IMG/VR virus record: IMGVR_UViG_3300048591_000147
Location: 186,001-250,000 of that record
Length of the DNA: 64,000 nucleotides
Direction: 5' to 3' (one strand)
Shown: in pieces, positions 1-11,200 of the stretch
Numbering within the stretch: the first letter of the stretch is position 1
How the letters are laid out: each line of letters begins with the position of its first letter
Translations under genes and position numbers: made by a program
The notes under the pieces: model-generated
What the model was told of the DNA's origin: nothing
What the model saw: only the letters and a program-made list of their open reading frames with translations
Database searches by the model: none

Positions 1-561
1 GATACCGCAGATTAACTGACGCGCGTGATCGTATCTAAAAGTTACAGAAATTTTAACAGCTTCGTTTGCAGCATAATCCACATCACCATAATCGATGTTC
101 TGGATGAATACACCTTCATAAGCCCATGATTCAACTGGAGTTGTATCACCATCCAACATTTCACAAATCATAGCAAATTTATAGTCTTCACCGCCTTGCG
201 CAGATGCCATTACACCACTTGGAGAACCAAACGGCGCTATGATAGTTTGCTGGCGCTCTAACTGATCTTGGAATATCTGTGAAACTCTACCACCAAGATC
301 TGATTCAAATGACCACACTGCTGCTGACCAGTTATGCTTACCAGCAATCCAAGCTCTCGAATTATAACGATGTAGTTCGATTTCTTCGAATTCTAATTTA
401 GGTCTGTCACCCTGTACGGCTTGAAGAGTTAAAATTTCACTCATATTACCATCACCCTGACCCCCTATGTTTAGGAATCGAACTTTCCACTTATATTTTG
501 TTTGTGGGTGTATAATACCACCCGCTGATGGTATTACGCCGAAATCCGCAAGTATTGCCAT
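1..561 (-). CDS. Tail tube protein (gp19-like), runs off the window edge
   Basis: Not in ORF track. ATG at 561 with GGAG SD; open frame MAILADFG...KYKWKVRF...DRPKLEFEEIELHRYNSRAWIAGKHNW...DYGDVDY...VTFRYDHARQ; downstream of the sheath gene. Confidence 0.85.
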   Translation of the reverse strand, partial: MAILADFGVIPSAGGIIHPQTKYKWKVRFLNIGGQGDGNMSEILTLQAVQGDRPKLEFEEIELHRYNSRAWIAGKHNWSAAVWSFESDLGGRVSQIFQDQLERQQTIIAPFGSPSGVMASAQGGEDYKFAMICEMLDGDTTPVESWAYEGVFIQNIDYGDVDYAANEAVKISVTFRYDHARQLICGI

Positions 562-674
562 TTGTTTAACTCCTTAAAGTCATATTAGTTATAAGTATTT
601 ATTAATTTGACCAAATAATTCAAACTTTTTTGTCATGTAATGAATAAATATAATAAACATGGACTTAACAAGAT

Positions 675-1415
675 ATGAGATTCAGTAAATTTCTAACAGA
701 GAAGGAAGAGGCGAATAATTTGTCTGCAAACGTGCTTATTATAATGCACCGGATATTCGCCGCAGTAGAACAAACACACATAGAGAAAAGTGACGGCATG
801 TGTGAGTTCAATATTGGTCAAGCCATAAAAGATAAAGATCTAAAATCGCTGAACATCGCCATAAAGAAAGGTCCAGCACCATCTGCAAAGTTTGCTGTAA
901 AAAGTGACGGAGATGACTATTATATTGTTATTGAGACTCCGAAATACGAAGAAAATCTAGAAAGGGAAGATATAATCGCGATTTTGGAAAGCGCTTCATT
1001 AAAAACTCCGCTACATGATGCAATAACACACTTCTTAAAATATGCAAGAGATGAATTTGATGAGAAGAACGTACCATCACACCACGAACAGAAAACAGAC
1101 GCTAACCAGAATGTTGAGCAAAAATATGATGCGCTAATTAAGACCGTAAAGAGTAGATTAGAAGATCATCATTCAGCGGCTGCCGAAATAGACAGACAAT
1201 CGAAACAGACGTCTAATGCCTTTAAGCAAGACAGTTTCAAAATGGCGTTGGAAAAATTGAAAGAAGAAACTCATGGAAAGGATTTTAAAGGATTCTTATC
1301 AATAGTTAATAAGTTACCAGAAGGTGGATTCATTAAAGAGTTGGAAGGTGACCTTAAGAAAAAGATCTTGAGTAGATTAGAAGACTACTACGAGCATTAT
1401 TTAAACAAGCAATAA
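675..1415 (+). CDS. Hypothetical protein, candidate internal head protein
   Basis: 246-aa ORF; ATAAATA at 644-650; N-terminus MRFSKFLTE resembles the T4 capsid-targeting sequence. Confidence 0.6.
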   Translation: MRFSKFLTEKEEANNLSANVLIIMHRIFAAVEQTHIEKSDGMCEFNIGQAIKDKDLKSLNIAIKKGPAPSAKFAVKSDGDDYYIVIETPKYEENLEREDIIAILESASLKTPLHDAITHFLKYARDEFDEKNVPSHHEQKTDANQNVEQKYDALIKTVKSRLEDHHSAAAEIDRQSKQTSNAFKQDSFKMALEKLKEETHGKDFKGFLSIVNKLPEGGFIKELEGDLKKKILSRLEDYYEHYLNKQ

Positions 1416-1442
1416 CGTCATAATTTTCATATGACAGACAAC

Positions 1443-1470
1443 AAAAAAGCTGGGTTTCCCCAGCTTTTTT
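1443..1470. terminator. Bidirectional intrinsic terminator
   Basis: AAAAAAGCTGGG-tttc-CCCAGCTTTTTT between convergent genes. Confidence 0.9.
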
Positions 1471-1494
1471 ATTTGTCTCTATTTCACTCAACGA

Positions 1495-3666
1495 TTAGTT
1501 GAAAGAGCTTCCAGTACGTGAAGTACCAATATTCGCGCCAGTATTAACCACACGAACTTTCACGTAGATGAATTCTATCGCCTTCACAGGTTTAATCGCG
1601 ATATCAACGTGTAACTCGTTGTTATCAATTGTGAAAGGTGTGTTGTTATCTGTGTCAATCAACACCGCGAAGTCATATAACGCTCTACGACCTATCAAAG
1701 TACCTAAGAATCCATCGCATGCAGCCTTGACAAGATCCCATGTGATTCTATCATTTGGTTCGAACAAGTATGCGAACAACGCTTTTCTTAACTGTCTCTT
1801 GATGAATTTGGTCAAACGAACCACATTGATTCTGTCTAATGCAGAGAATGCACCATACGTAGTTTTCTGACCCATGACCAAAATTCCTCGACCCGGAATA
1901 AATGAAATTGGGTTGATATTTTTTGGAAACTCATATAGATCATCTCGTGTTCCAGTATCTAGATATTCTGATACGAAAGTTGTTGGACCACCAAGTGTTC
2001 CAGAAGCATAACCAATGTCTGACAAGTGAGAACATGTTCCACGTTGTACACCAGCAGGAGCATACCATTCAGCCTGAACATCATCATTATACGCAAACAC
2101 ACGTAATGCTGTTGATCCGGCAGATGTCATGATGTTATTACCATCTATATTAGATGAAATGCCATGACCGTAGTGATATGCAATGTGTTGTTTTGTCTTT
2201 CTGGCTGGAGTTACCGCCCATTGTGCGATTGAGTTAGGACCAGTAGGTGGTTTGTCAAATGGGGTTTCACCTATGATGAAAACTTCATTGTTCATTGCAT
2301 CGTCTAATCTTAACAACTCATCGGCCAACTCTGGATAACCCGGAGCCAATGTTATGTTGTATTCGATCCATTCGTTTCTTGAACCATTGAATGGGTTGTT
2401 TACTGCTGCCTGAAGCGCTGTAACAATGGTTGCTCTACGAGCAGCATCGTTATCACCAAGCTTGGAGAATTCAACGAATTCTTTGGTGTTGTCAAACATG
2501 TCAGCCGCTGCTAGTAACAAACCTTCAGCGTCATCGGCAGAGAATTCAGTTGTTTCAGGGGTGCCTGAAGTCCAATCATCGATTATGCTGTATAGACCAT
2601 CATAGTCGCCTATGATATCAAAGTCGTTATAATCATCAGTGTAAATCGCCAATGAATCTGCGCCATAACCCGGTTTTGGATCTTCGATGCGGTCGAATAA
2701 GTTTAGTGATGCGAATAATGGTAATGTGCTTGACTGTCCGTCAGATACTATTGTCACTTCTGAAGTTGCACCTTCATATGTACTTGTGATCTTTATAGCA
2801 CCTTGAATTATTTCAGCTACTGCGTAACCTTCCATCACCACATTCATAGCATCAACCAAATCACCAAAGGTGATTATGTCTTCGCCGTTAAACTCAAATG
2901 ATGCGGTAAATGATGCTGCACTGTTGTCATCTTCTGGATCACCAACTATGTCTATAATAGCGCCATAAACTTGACCATCTTCGTAACCAGTAACGTCACC
3001 AGCCACCACAAATCCAGCGTAAGTTTCTGTTAGAACACGCTGATATGCTGGTTGAGGGTTTGTGTGATCAAGTAAGAAAGCATCACGGAATTCTGGTTTC
3101 TGGAACGAATATGATGAGAATACATCAGTTAATGCCTGATCTATCAATTCTTTCAATGTTGCTGCATCTACCTGTGTCTTGTAATCTGCCACGTCTGCTG
3201 GGAAAAAGTTGTTAACAGTGTTGTAAGTATCCAACCAATCCTGTACCAATTCATTCAAATAGTCGGCAGCCGCCTGAATCTTCTTAACCCATAAGGTCTT
3301 GATATCTGCTAAATCATCATTTAAATTTACATTAGCTCTGATAACATATGCTCTATTACCAATTTCTAAGAATTTATTTAGAGCGTCTAGACCATATTCG
3401 TTTCTAGCGTCACCGTGGTGAGGCTGACCAGTTGCTGATCTATGGAATTTTGGAACGCCATAAAGTTCTAGAGACTGTTTTAAGCTTGTAACAGTTCTCA
3501 TAACATTGTTTTCGTATGTTCCCACCGCTGGAGAAACACCATCAACTTGGAATTTTTCATCCGCTGTTGCAATAAAAATTAACGGTACGCAAGCGGCGCG
3601 CCCCGGAATATAGAACGATTCGTCAATGATTTGTACGTCAACGCCCGGACTGATTAAAGTTCCCAT
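1495..3666 (-). CDS. Tail sheath protein (gp18-like)
   Basis: N-terminal LISPGVDVQIIDES; C-terminal WYAPAGVQRG, INPI, GQKT, SALDRINVVRL, LFEPND, IKPVKAIEFIY. Confidence 0.95.
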   Translation of the reverse strand: MGTLISPGVDVQIIDESFYIPGRAACVPLIFIATADEKFQVDGVSPAVGTYENNVMRTVTSLKQSLELYGVPKFHRSATGQPHHGDARNEYGLDALNKFLEIGNRAYVIRANVNLNDDLADIKTLWVKKIQAAADYLNELVQDWLDTYNTVNNFFPADVADYKTQVDAATLKELIDQALTDVFSSYSFQKPEFRDAFLLDHTNPQPAYQRVLTETYAGFVVAGDVTGYEDGQVYGAIIDIVGDPEDDNSAASFTASFEFNGEDIITFGDLVDAMNVVMEGYAVAEIIQGAIKITSTYEGATSEVTIVSDGQSSTLPLFASLNLFDRIEDPKPGYGADSLAIYTDDYNDFDIIGDYDGLYSIIDDWTSGTPETTEFSADDAEGLLLAAADMFDNTKEFVEFSKLGDNDAARRATIVTALQAAVNNPFNGSRNEWIEYNITLAPGYPELADELLRLDDAMNNEVFIIGETPFDKPPTGPNSIAQWAVTPARKTKQHIAYHYGHGISSNIDGNNIMTSAGSTALRVFAYNDDVQAEWYAPAGVQRGTCSHLSDIGYASGTLGGPTTFVSEYLDTGTRDDLYEFPKNINPISFIPGRGILVMGQKTTYGAFSALDRINVVRLTKFIKRQLRKALFAYLFEPNDRITWDLVKAACDGFLGTLIGRRALYDFAVLIDTDNNTPFTIDNNELHVDIAIKPVKAIEFIYVKVRVVNTGANIGTSRTGSSFN

Positions 3667-3733
3667 CTGCTTCTCCTTAAAATAAAAAAGATGTTATAGT
3701 TATTTATTAAGGATGCAAAAAATATTATTAAAT

Positions 3734-4165
3734 CTATTTAAAATATCGTATTTGAGCAGCGTCAAAGTAAACTAAGAATTGGTGTGCCCCCTTGCCACCA
3801 TAATCAACCTCAGATGACATACTAGAGAGATCGCAATCTTTAGCGTATACATTAGATAGCGTTTTCATGTCTCCATCCAATAACTGTATCAAAAAGTCAT
3901 TATACCCATTAAACTCAGAATTCACATAATCTAGCACTTTATTGTCGATATCATCTTCCAATACAATTAGTAATGAGCCACCGCGCACAGCTTTAAAATA
4001 TTTACTATACAGGCATTTGTTTGTTTGTAGCGTTACTATATGACTCTGCTCCGTGACTTGATCTTCTATTGGTTGGGAGAAATCAATAGGTGTATTAAAA
4101 TGATTAATTTTGAATCTATATTCAGACTTTGGGCGGATTATTCCACTAATGTTTAACGATTCCAT
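3734..4165 (-). CDS. Tail tube-like paralog
   Basis: Shares motifs with the 1-561 tube protein (IIRPKSEYRF / IIHPQTKYKW; EDDID / ESDLG; LLDGD / MLDGD; VDY). Confidence 0.6.
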   Translation of the reverse strand: MESLNISGIIRPKSEYRFKINHFNTPIDFSQPIEDQVTEQSHIVTLQTNKCLYSKYFKAVRGGSLLIVLEDDIDNKVLDYVNSEFNGYNDFLIQLLDGDMKTLSNVYAKDCDLSSMSSEVDYGGKGAHQFLVYFDAAQIRYFK

Positions 4166-4208
4166 GCGTTGATGACCCTATTTTGTAGTTCTATTTATCA
4201 CGCAAAAG

Positions 4209-4238
4209 TTGACAGATATTACACACATGGGGTATCAT
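4209..4238 (+). promoter_or_regulatory. Sigma70-type promoter
   Basis: TTGACA-18 bp-TATCAT upstream of ORF 4270. Confidence 0.7.
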
Positions 4239-4269
4239 ACATTATCAATAAAAACTAGAGAGTAATGTT

Positions 4270-4767
4270 ATGAAGAGATTTAATGAGCAGTGGACCTTAG
4301 CGGTAGACTCCGATGGGGTGGTGGCACACTTTGAGAAAAAGGTTGCTGAGATCAACAAGATGGAATTCCATAAAATCCCAAGAGGGCGTCTATGGTCATC
4401 TATCGATGCGTATGACAAAAACGTGGAGCCATTCTTTGAGTCGTTGGATCTGATGCCAGATGCGATGGAACTAATGGACTTTATCACTGGCAACTTTATA
4501 AACTATTTCATCTTGACTGCGTGTGGTTACACTCCAAAGAACGCTGCGCAACAGAAGCGTAATTGGTATAAGCGCCGTTTTGGTGACATAATTGTTAAGC
4601 CGGTGCAAAGTAGCGAAGATAAGGCTAAGTTTGCAAACGCAAACACCATATTGATCGATGATAGAAGCAAGTCTATCGATCCATGGGTTCGCGCTGGTGG
4701 TATCGGCGTGTTGCATACGTCGGCTGCGGACAGCATCGCGCAGATCAAAAAGATCGTGGGGCTATAA
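4270..4767 (+). CDS. HAD-family 5'(3')-deoxyribonucleotidase-like protein
   Basis: DSDGV motif I, ILT motif II, ILIDDR motif IV, W..AGG.G. Confidence 0.85.
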   Translation: MKRFNEQWTLAVDSDGVVAHFEKKVAEINKMEFHKIPRGRLWSSIDAYDKNVEPFFESLDLMPDAMELMDFITGNFINYFILTACGYTPKNAAQQKRNWYKRRFGDIIVKPVQSSEDKAKFANANTILIDDRSKSIDPWVRAGGIGVLHTSAADSIAQIKKIVGL

Positions 4768-4781
4768 GCCCCACGTTTTTT
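4755..4781. terminator. Intrinsic terminator between convergent genes
   Basis: CGTGGGGCT-ata-AGCCCCACG-TTTTTT. Confidence 0.8.
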
Positions 4782-5238
4782 AACCTTGTAGTATGTATTG
4801 GTTACCAGATGTTGCTAAGTGCCAAGCGTCTGTGCCTATTTTTGTAGCAACAGCCCATGAATAATTTCCGTCTATGACAAAAGCGGTGTCTAATACGCCG
4901 TTTATTGAACCTCCTGCGTGAATTTCAAAGGATATTTCAGAAGTGTTTATATTAATAACTCTGCACTGAAATCCTATTGGTAGTGGAACCACGGCATTCT
5001 CTGGCAACGTTACATAAATGTGAGAGGATGTACCAGCATCCACATTACACCAGATATCAGTACCATTATCAGATGCGGCTAATGTAAAGTCAGCAGTTTT
5101 AACGGTGTAATTCAATATCTTTACATATTTCTTTACGTCATCAGTAGTGCCAGCTACGTTAGCACTGTCCTTAACTAATGGAAGCATTTCCGTACCATCT
5201 AACACACCAGCGGCTGGCATTACACTTATCTTTGACAT
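4780..5238 (-). CDS. Small virion/tail-fibre-associated protein
   Basis: KIS.MP...LDGTE.LP.V N-terminus and TADFTL...D.G...VTLP...GF...W beta-rich domain typical of fibre accessory proteins; late motif upstream. Confidence 0.55.
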   Translation of the reverse strand: MSKISVMPAAGVLDGTEMLPLVKDSANVAGTTDDVKKYVKILNYTVKTADFTLAASDNGTDIWCNVDAGTSSHIYVTLPENAVVPLPIGFQCRVININTSEISFEIHAGGSINGVLDTAFVIDGNYSWAVATKIGTDAWHLATSGNQYILQG

Positions 5239-5283
5239 TTTAATTCCTATTCAATGTTAATATATGTTATTTATCAAGTATGA

Positions 5284-8200
5284 TTATAGTTCCACTGCTG
5301 CTGGGCACACACCATCTACAAAGGTTGTAGTTCTTAGGACACCATTAGAAGGTGCTCTAACATTTTGGGTCGCTTGTAGCGCCACCCAAGAGGTTTTAAA
5401 GATGTCCGCATGTTCTCTTTTCAATGACATTGCCGCATGCAAAAATTCAAAGAATATCGCATTCACCTCATCTATCGTAAAATTGTTATAAATGTCATAC
5501 ATCATTAAAACTAATGATGCTTGATCTTCCATATTATAATTCTTAATGAATTCATTTATATCAACGTTTCTAAAATTGAACGTATTATTAACAAGTAATG
5601 AATTGATAATATATAATCCAAGATCCTTATCGATAAATGTCTGTTCTTCACCTAACCCAAATCGCGTGTCTGAGTTGTATAGTTGGTCATATATGAATCT
5701 ATTAATAGTAGGTATCACAACTTCTTGATTACCCTCTTCCGCGTCTGGATTCAAGTATACGACACCATTGACCACTCTCTTACCAATCAAAGACTCTGTT
5801 ATTCTATCCCACAAGAATGCGTCAATCTTGAATAATTGCTTCTCTCTGAATAGTTTCCACTCCCAATGCACATTTTTCAAATATAGTGGTGTGTATATTG
5901 AGTTTGGTCCCGGTAAATTATCACGTAGTGTGAAGTCACGCATAAATCTCAGAGAATATCTATCATCGTCTTTTACCGTGTTCTCTAAACCTTTCACAAC
6001 TAATTGGGTGTATCGATGTGGTAATTCGTATGCATCTTCATCAAACACTGTACCATAGATCAAACCATAACCAAATTCTGGCGTTCGTGGACCCTGTAAA
6101 ATCATATAAGGCGCAGGAATATTTCTTAACTGTTTAGCAGCCTCTTGCATATTCATATATGCGTCGCCAGTTATCGCGATCTTATTTGTTTTGTTTTTCA
6201 CCCAGAAATAGTACACGCTGAATTCTGCTCTAGAAACTGGGTCAATCTTGGTGGTAACTGAGTATGGGAACACCTTTTTATATTCTACACCAGCTTCTAA
6301 TTGCGCCATGGTTGGAGTCACAGCAACTTTTATCAAAGTTAGCATGTCTTGTGGTCTTGGTTTAGCTATTTGCCCGTCCAATTCAACACCATAACAGAAT
6401 TCACTTATGGTATCTGTATCTAGGTCCAGAGTGCCAGCGTACTTACCATTGATATAAGCGTCAACGACACCGTCAATTGCTGGGTTTGTCGGAACTGTAA
6501 ACTGCTGCACTAGCGCGACTATAAAGTCTTCTGTTACATCGACATGTTCTACCCATACTGGATCTTCGTCTGGGTCAGTCTCAGTATTCTTATATAGTTT
6601 ATAGTACGCTGAACCAGATCTTTTCTGATCCTGTAATAAATTGGTATTCTTGGCATCTTTCAGTACAGTCGCGTCCCATTCTGTTGGTGGCACCAATGAC
6701 TCTGTCCATTGATATAAATCTATGCTACCCCAATCGGCCATACTACCCCATTTTAGGATTCTTTCGTTTATATCTGTAAAGATTCTAGCATCATAGTATG
6801 GTATGTAAACCATTTTTGTTGTATCTGACCATACCGTAGATACTTTATCAGCGAGCCATGTAGTCTCAGTCTGAGATACATCCTCATAATTATACACCGC
6901 AACATCACTGTCATTTCTGATATCAATAATAGAATTGGCTACATGATAATGCTGTCCCAACGCTGGATGCCATAATTGGACTCTAGTCACAACGGTCCCC
7001 GCGCGCTTATCAATCAGCGTGGCAGGATTTTGCGCATCATAGTTATATGAAAGAATATAAACGGATAATCCATCTATAGTTCTTGGGTCTGCACCAGCAA
7101 TAGAGTTCATTTGTATCACTCTACCATTTATAAATGAATACTCATACCCTTCAGATAGCTGAACAGTTTCCTCTTTTACAGAATCCCAATATGATATGAT
7201 TACTTTGTCAGCGTGTACTGGTAGTCTCAATACTAATTTGTTATTGATAGACGCAATATCATTTTCAACATTATTCATTATGTTGATCACCTGACTGTCG
7301 AAATAGAATGAGGACTTAGGCTTCAGACTGAATAGCTGATCAGGTTGGTTCCACCATCTCGACAAATCGGTTAAACGCACTGGTTCGAACGTTTCATCTA
7401 ATACCGTATTGTCTGGAGTAACGAACTCAACACGCATTTCTTTTGTTGATACATCTCGCGTAAACAACTTCAATTCTGGATATATCTTCTCTTTATTATC
7501 ACCAAAACAACCAAGTCTATATGCCCAGAATTCATCCACATGTGCATCATCAAATACAGGCTGATTGACAAATGCTTTAATAGCATTATTTGTGCCCTTG
7601 TTCTGTATCATTCCTCTCCAGAACGCAAACTGTGTTTTGTCATTTATTTGTAGATCGTCCATATAATCTCTAGGACCATCATAACCGATAGACTTTCTAG
7701 CGCGTTCAATAATAGGTTTATTTTCTACTATCTTGTAAGTGTCATACAGATATCTGATATTCTCTACACTGTTTTCGATGTTATCAACCAATTTACCATC
7801 TTGTAGTACATAACCGCCAAGGTTTGGACGCAATGTGTACTTGTCTGATTTACTGAACTCGACATAGAATCTAGGAGTTCTAATCCCTAAGAAAGAATCG
7901 AAAATCATTGATCCATCTACTGAGATGTTATTGAATGTTAAGATATGTTCGTATGCATCTAGTAATAATTTGAAACCGGACATATTGACGATTTTCTGAT
8001 TTATCACCACACTGACTTGTTCAGTACCGTTGGTATTTTGTCTCTTAACATACTCAAAGTACTTTGCATTACTGTTTATAATATCTTTCAGCAATGAAAT
8101 CTTAGTTTCTTTATCTTGACGATACATCAATATGGAATCAATGTTTAATATATTTCCATTCTGATCATATATCTTAGGTGTTTCTGTAAAGTAGTAATCG

Positions 8201-11200
8201 GTTCTGTGGAATATATCACTGATTATGCCAAGGTCGTGGTGAACCCATACCATGTTCTTAACAGGGTTTATATCGTATGCTGGGTAATTAACAATATTGG
8301 TATATGACTGGATGTAGAACAATCCACTACCAGATGTCGTAATCGGAATCGCATTACCCTTTAATGCGTCATGCTTCGATACCGCTACCTGAAACTTAGT
8401 ATTAGTGGTGTTTCTAATTATATAATATGGTATATACTCTGATAGAGGATTATTAAATGGTTGTGGTAGCTCTGCATTACTATTCTTCAAGAATATGATC
8501 GGTGTGCCAGTAGCCCAACCAACAGTAGAATTGGATAGCTCCAAAGTATTATCCGATAAGTTAACAGAACATTGTAGTTTTAACTTGTTCTCTTGTTTGA
8601 TGGATTTTACTTGGTATGCCCAGTTTATGAATTTCTCAAGGTGCAACTGCCAATCGTTAGTTCTGCCAGTATCGGGATCGCTATTGTCCCCATCAGGATT
8701 CTTGAATTGAATTCCTTCATCATATAAGTATGACTCATATCCTTTAACGAAGTTGACAACACTCTGAATACCAGAAAGTTCTATTGGGAAGTTCTCAACG
8801 CGCACCGTGCGCTTATCATCTTCATAGACTCTCCATGGATATGTGGTGTTTGTACTTGCCAGTGCGTTGAAAGTTCTTTTTAATCTGCCGACAGAGTGAA
8901 TGCCATTGCCGACAGTCTGGATAGTTATAGCATTACCAAGACTTGCGGCACCAGCGTTTTTAGCTAACTTGAAAGAATAATCGTCTAGTCTGATTATGTA
9001 GTATGGAGTAAATAGATCTAACGGGGATGGTAACACACTACTAGAATCTAGGAAGATTTCTGTACCTGTTAACCATGTCGCTGGTAATGTTTTTGTGTCA
9101 TCAGAAATCAAATATCCATCCATGACACCGTCACTTATGCTGACGCTTTCATATACAAATATCTTGGTGGTCTGCGCTGTTATATCATACACACTATTTA
9201 ACACAATATAATCACCGTCATAGTTAGTACTATCTGCGATTTTAAATGTGCTTCTAGGTGAGAAAGTTCTCGTAACATTACCATACACTTCAAAAATTTT
9301 ATTAAATGTGTATGAAGACACTGAACTACTATGAATGACGAAGAAATCACTTACCGATGCGAACAAACCGGCATCGACAATACTAACGGCTGAAGCCCCA
9401 CCTATTGTGTTACTGATTATCTTCAGATTACCGTATTCTAGTATTGCTTCACCATATTCTGAAATTCTCTCATTGATCTCTGATAATAGAGCGCCCACAG
9501 TTTGAGCGTTGTAGCCCTTGATTATCAAATCCACAGTATTAATATTATCAAATTCTATACTAGCATAATAGGAGAAAGCAGTATTTGATAATTCGGTCTT
9601 CTTTGAATTAGTCAATGTCTGATTATAGTCAACTATCTGAAATCCTCTAGGCACAGTAATTGATGCTGTTTGTAATGGATATCTACCAACATCGCATATA
9701 TTGTTGAGCGTATCTACATAGAAGTCGAAGCACTCTGGGTCGTATAATGATATCGTTTTCACGGGTGTTAGTGAATCCAACTCTACTGTCCAGCCAATAC
9801 CATTATCTCTAGTCTTGCTATATTTGGATGGGACACTTAGTAATGTTGCCTGTAGCCCTACCATTGATTTGGAATCGAATGACTTCGTCTTGTTTATGGT
9901 TACATTAAAGTCTTTATCTGTTATGTCAAAGTTGTAGTTAAATACTGACAAATTATCAGTGTCTATCATACCACCGAACAAATAGGATAGCTTATGCTCC
10001 CATGTCTTCCAGATGGTTTTAAACGCTGACACTTCACCGTCAATGCTTGTGTATCTGATAAAGTATGCATACCATTGATTAATACCATTGGCCACATACA
10101 ATTGGTTATCAACTAGTTCACCGTGGAATGTTATTTCGCGATGGTTTCTAACTTTTTGTAATGTGCCGTCTATTTGTAGGCATGCAATAGTACAAAAGGT
10201 GGAATCAAATATCGCATTGAACACTTCAATTGGGTCTAATTTGAATGCTATGATTAGATCATCATAGTTTTTCCAAATACTTTTTTTCCACAACCATTCT
10301 ACCGTACCATGTTGCCCGAATTCGAAATCTAAATTAGGTGTCGTAACACCCTGATTCAAATTAATGTCAAAAAGCGTACGTATATTTGCATTTGTGGTGT
10401 TGGAGCTATTCCAATACGGTGGTAATAGATCATCTGGTGCATACCCATCATTAGTGTTCACAGAATCTATATTGACTGGTAGGAAATCAAATGTTGTATC
10501 TATCTGGCTGCTACCATTTGATGTATCGCCATTAGGTAGTAGATATCCACTTGGTACTATACCAGAAAGAATATTGGTCCACATGACAGAGTCCCAATAC
10601 CTATTGATCGACGCATTCGTGTTTACATATTCTGCATCCCACCACAACGGTTTATCGGTGTAACCCTGCAAAATCCAAGGTTGGTTGTTCGGATAAGCAG
10701 TTCCATACACATATTCGTATAATGCCTGCCAGCAACCAAATGTCGTATTGTCTTCAAGTCCGGTTACAGGGTGCTCTGGTATAGAAGTGTATGCGTAATT
10801 CCAAGTGAATGGGTCATTACTGTTAAACACTAAAGAATTCTTTAATGGATTAGTGATGTTATTAAGATTGATGAAATTATAGAACCGATCTTTTGCGAAT
10901 TCATCGTATCGGCCTAGTGTATTCACATCGTCAAAATTGTAACGATATTCATATGCTAGACAATCATTATATAACTTTAACTCGATATCTAGAATAAGAT
11001 TCGCCATTAATAGTTCTATATCAACTTTAAACCAAGTCAATGTCTCTGAAGACTTATAAATCTCTCTTGTTAGTGATTGCAAATCTGTTCTAACCAAAAT
11101 CTCACCAACATACGCAATATTGGGGAATGGTTCTGATGAAGCGTCCACTGTCTGGTACTGTGGGGATAGTTTCTTAATAATGGTTTCACGCTCTGCATTC

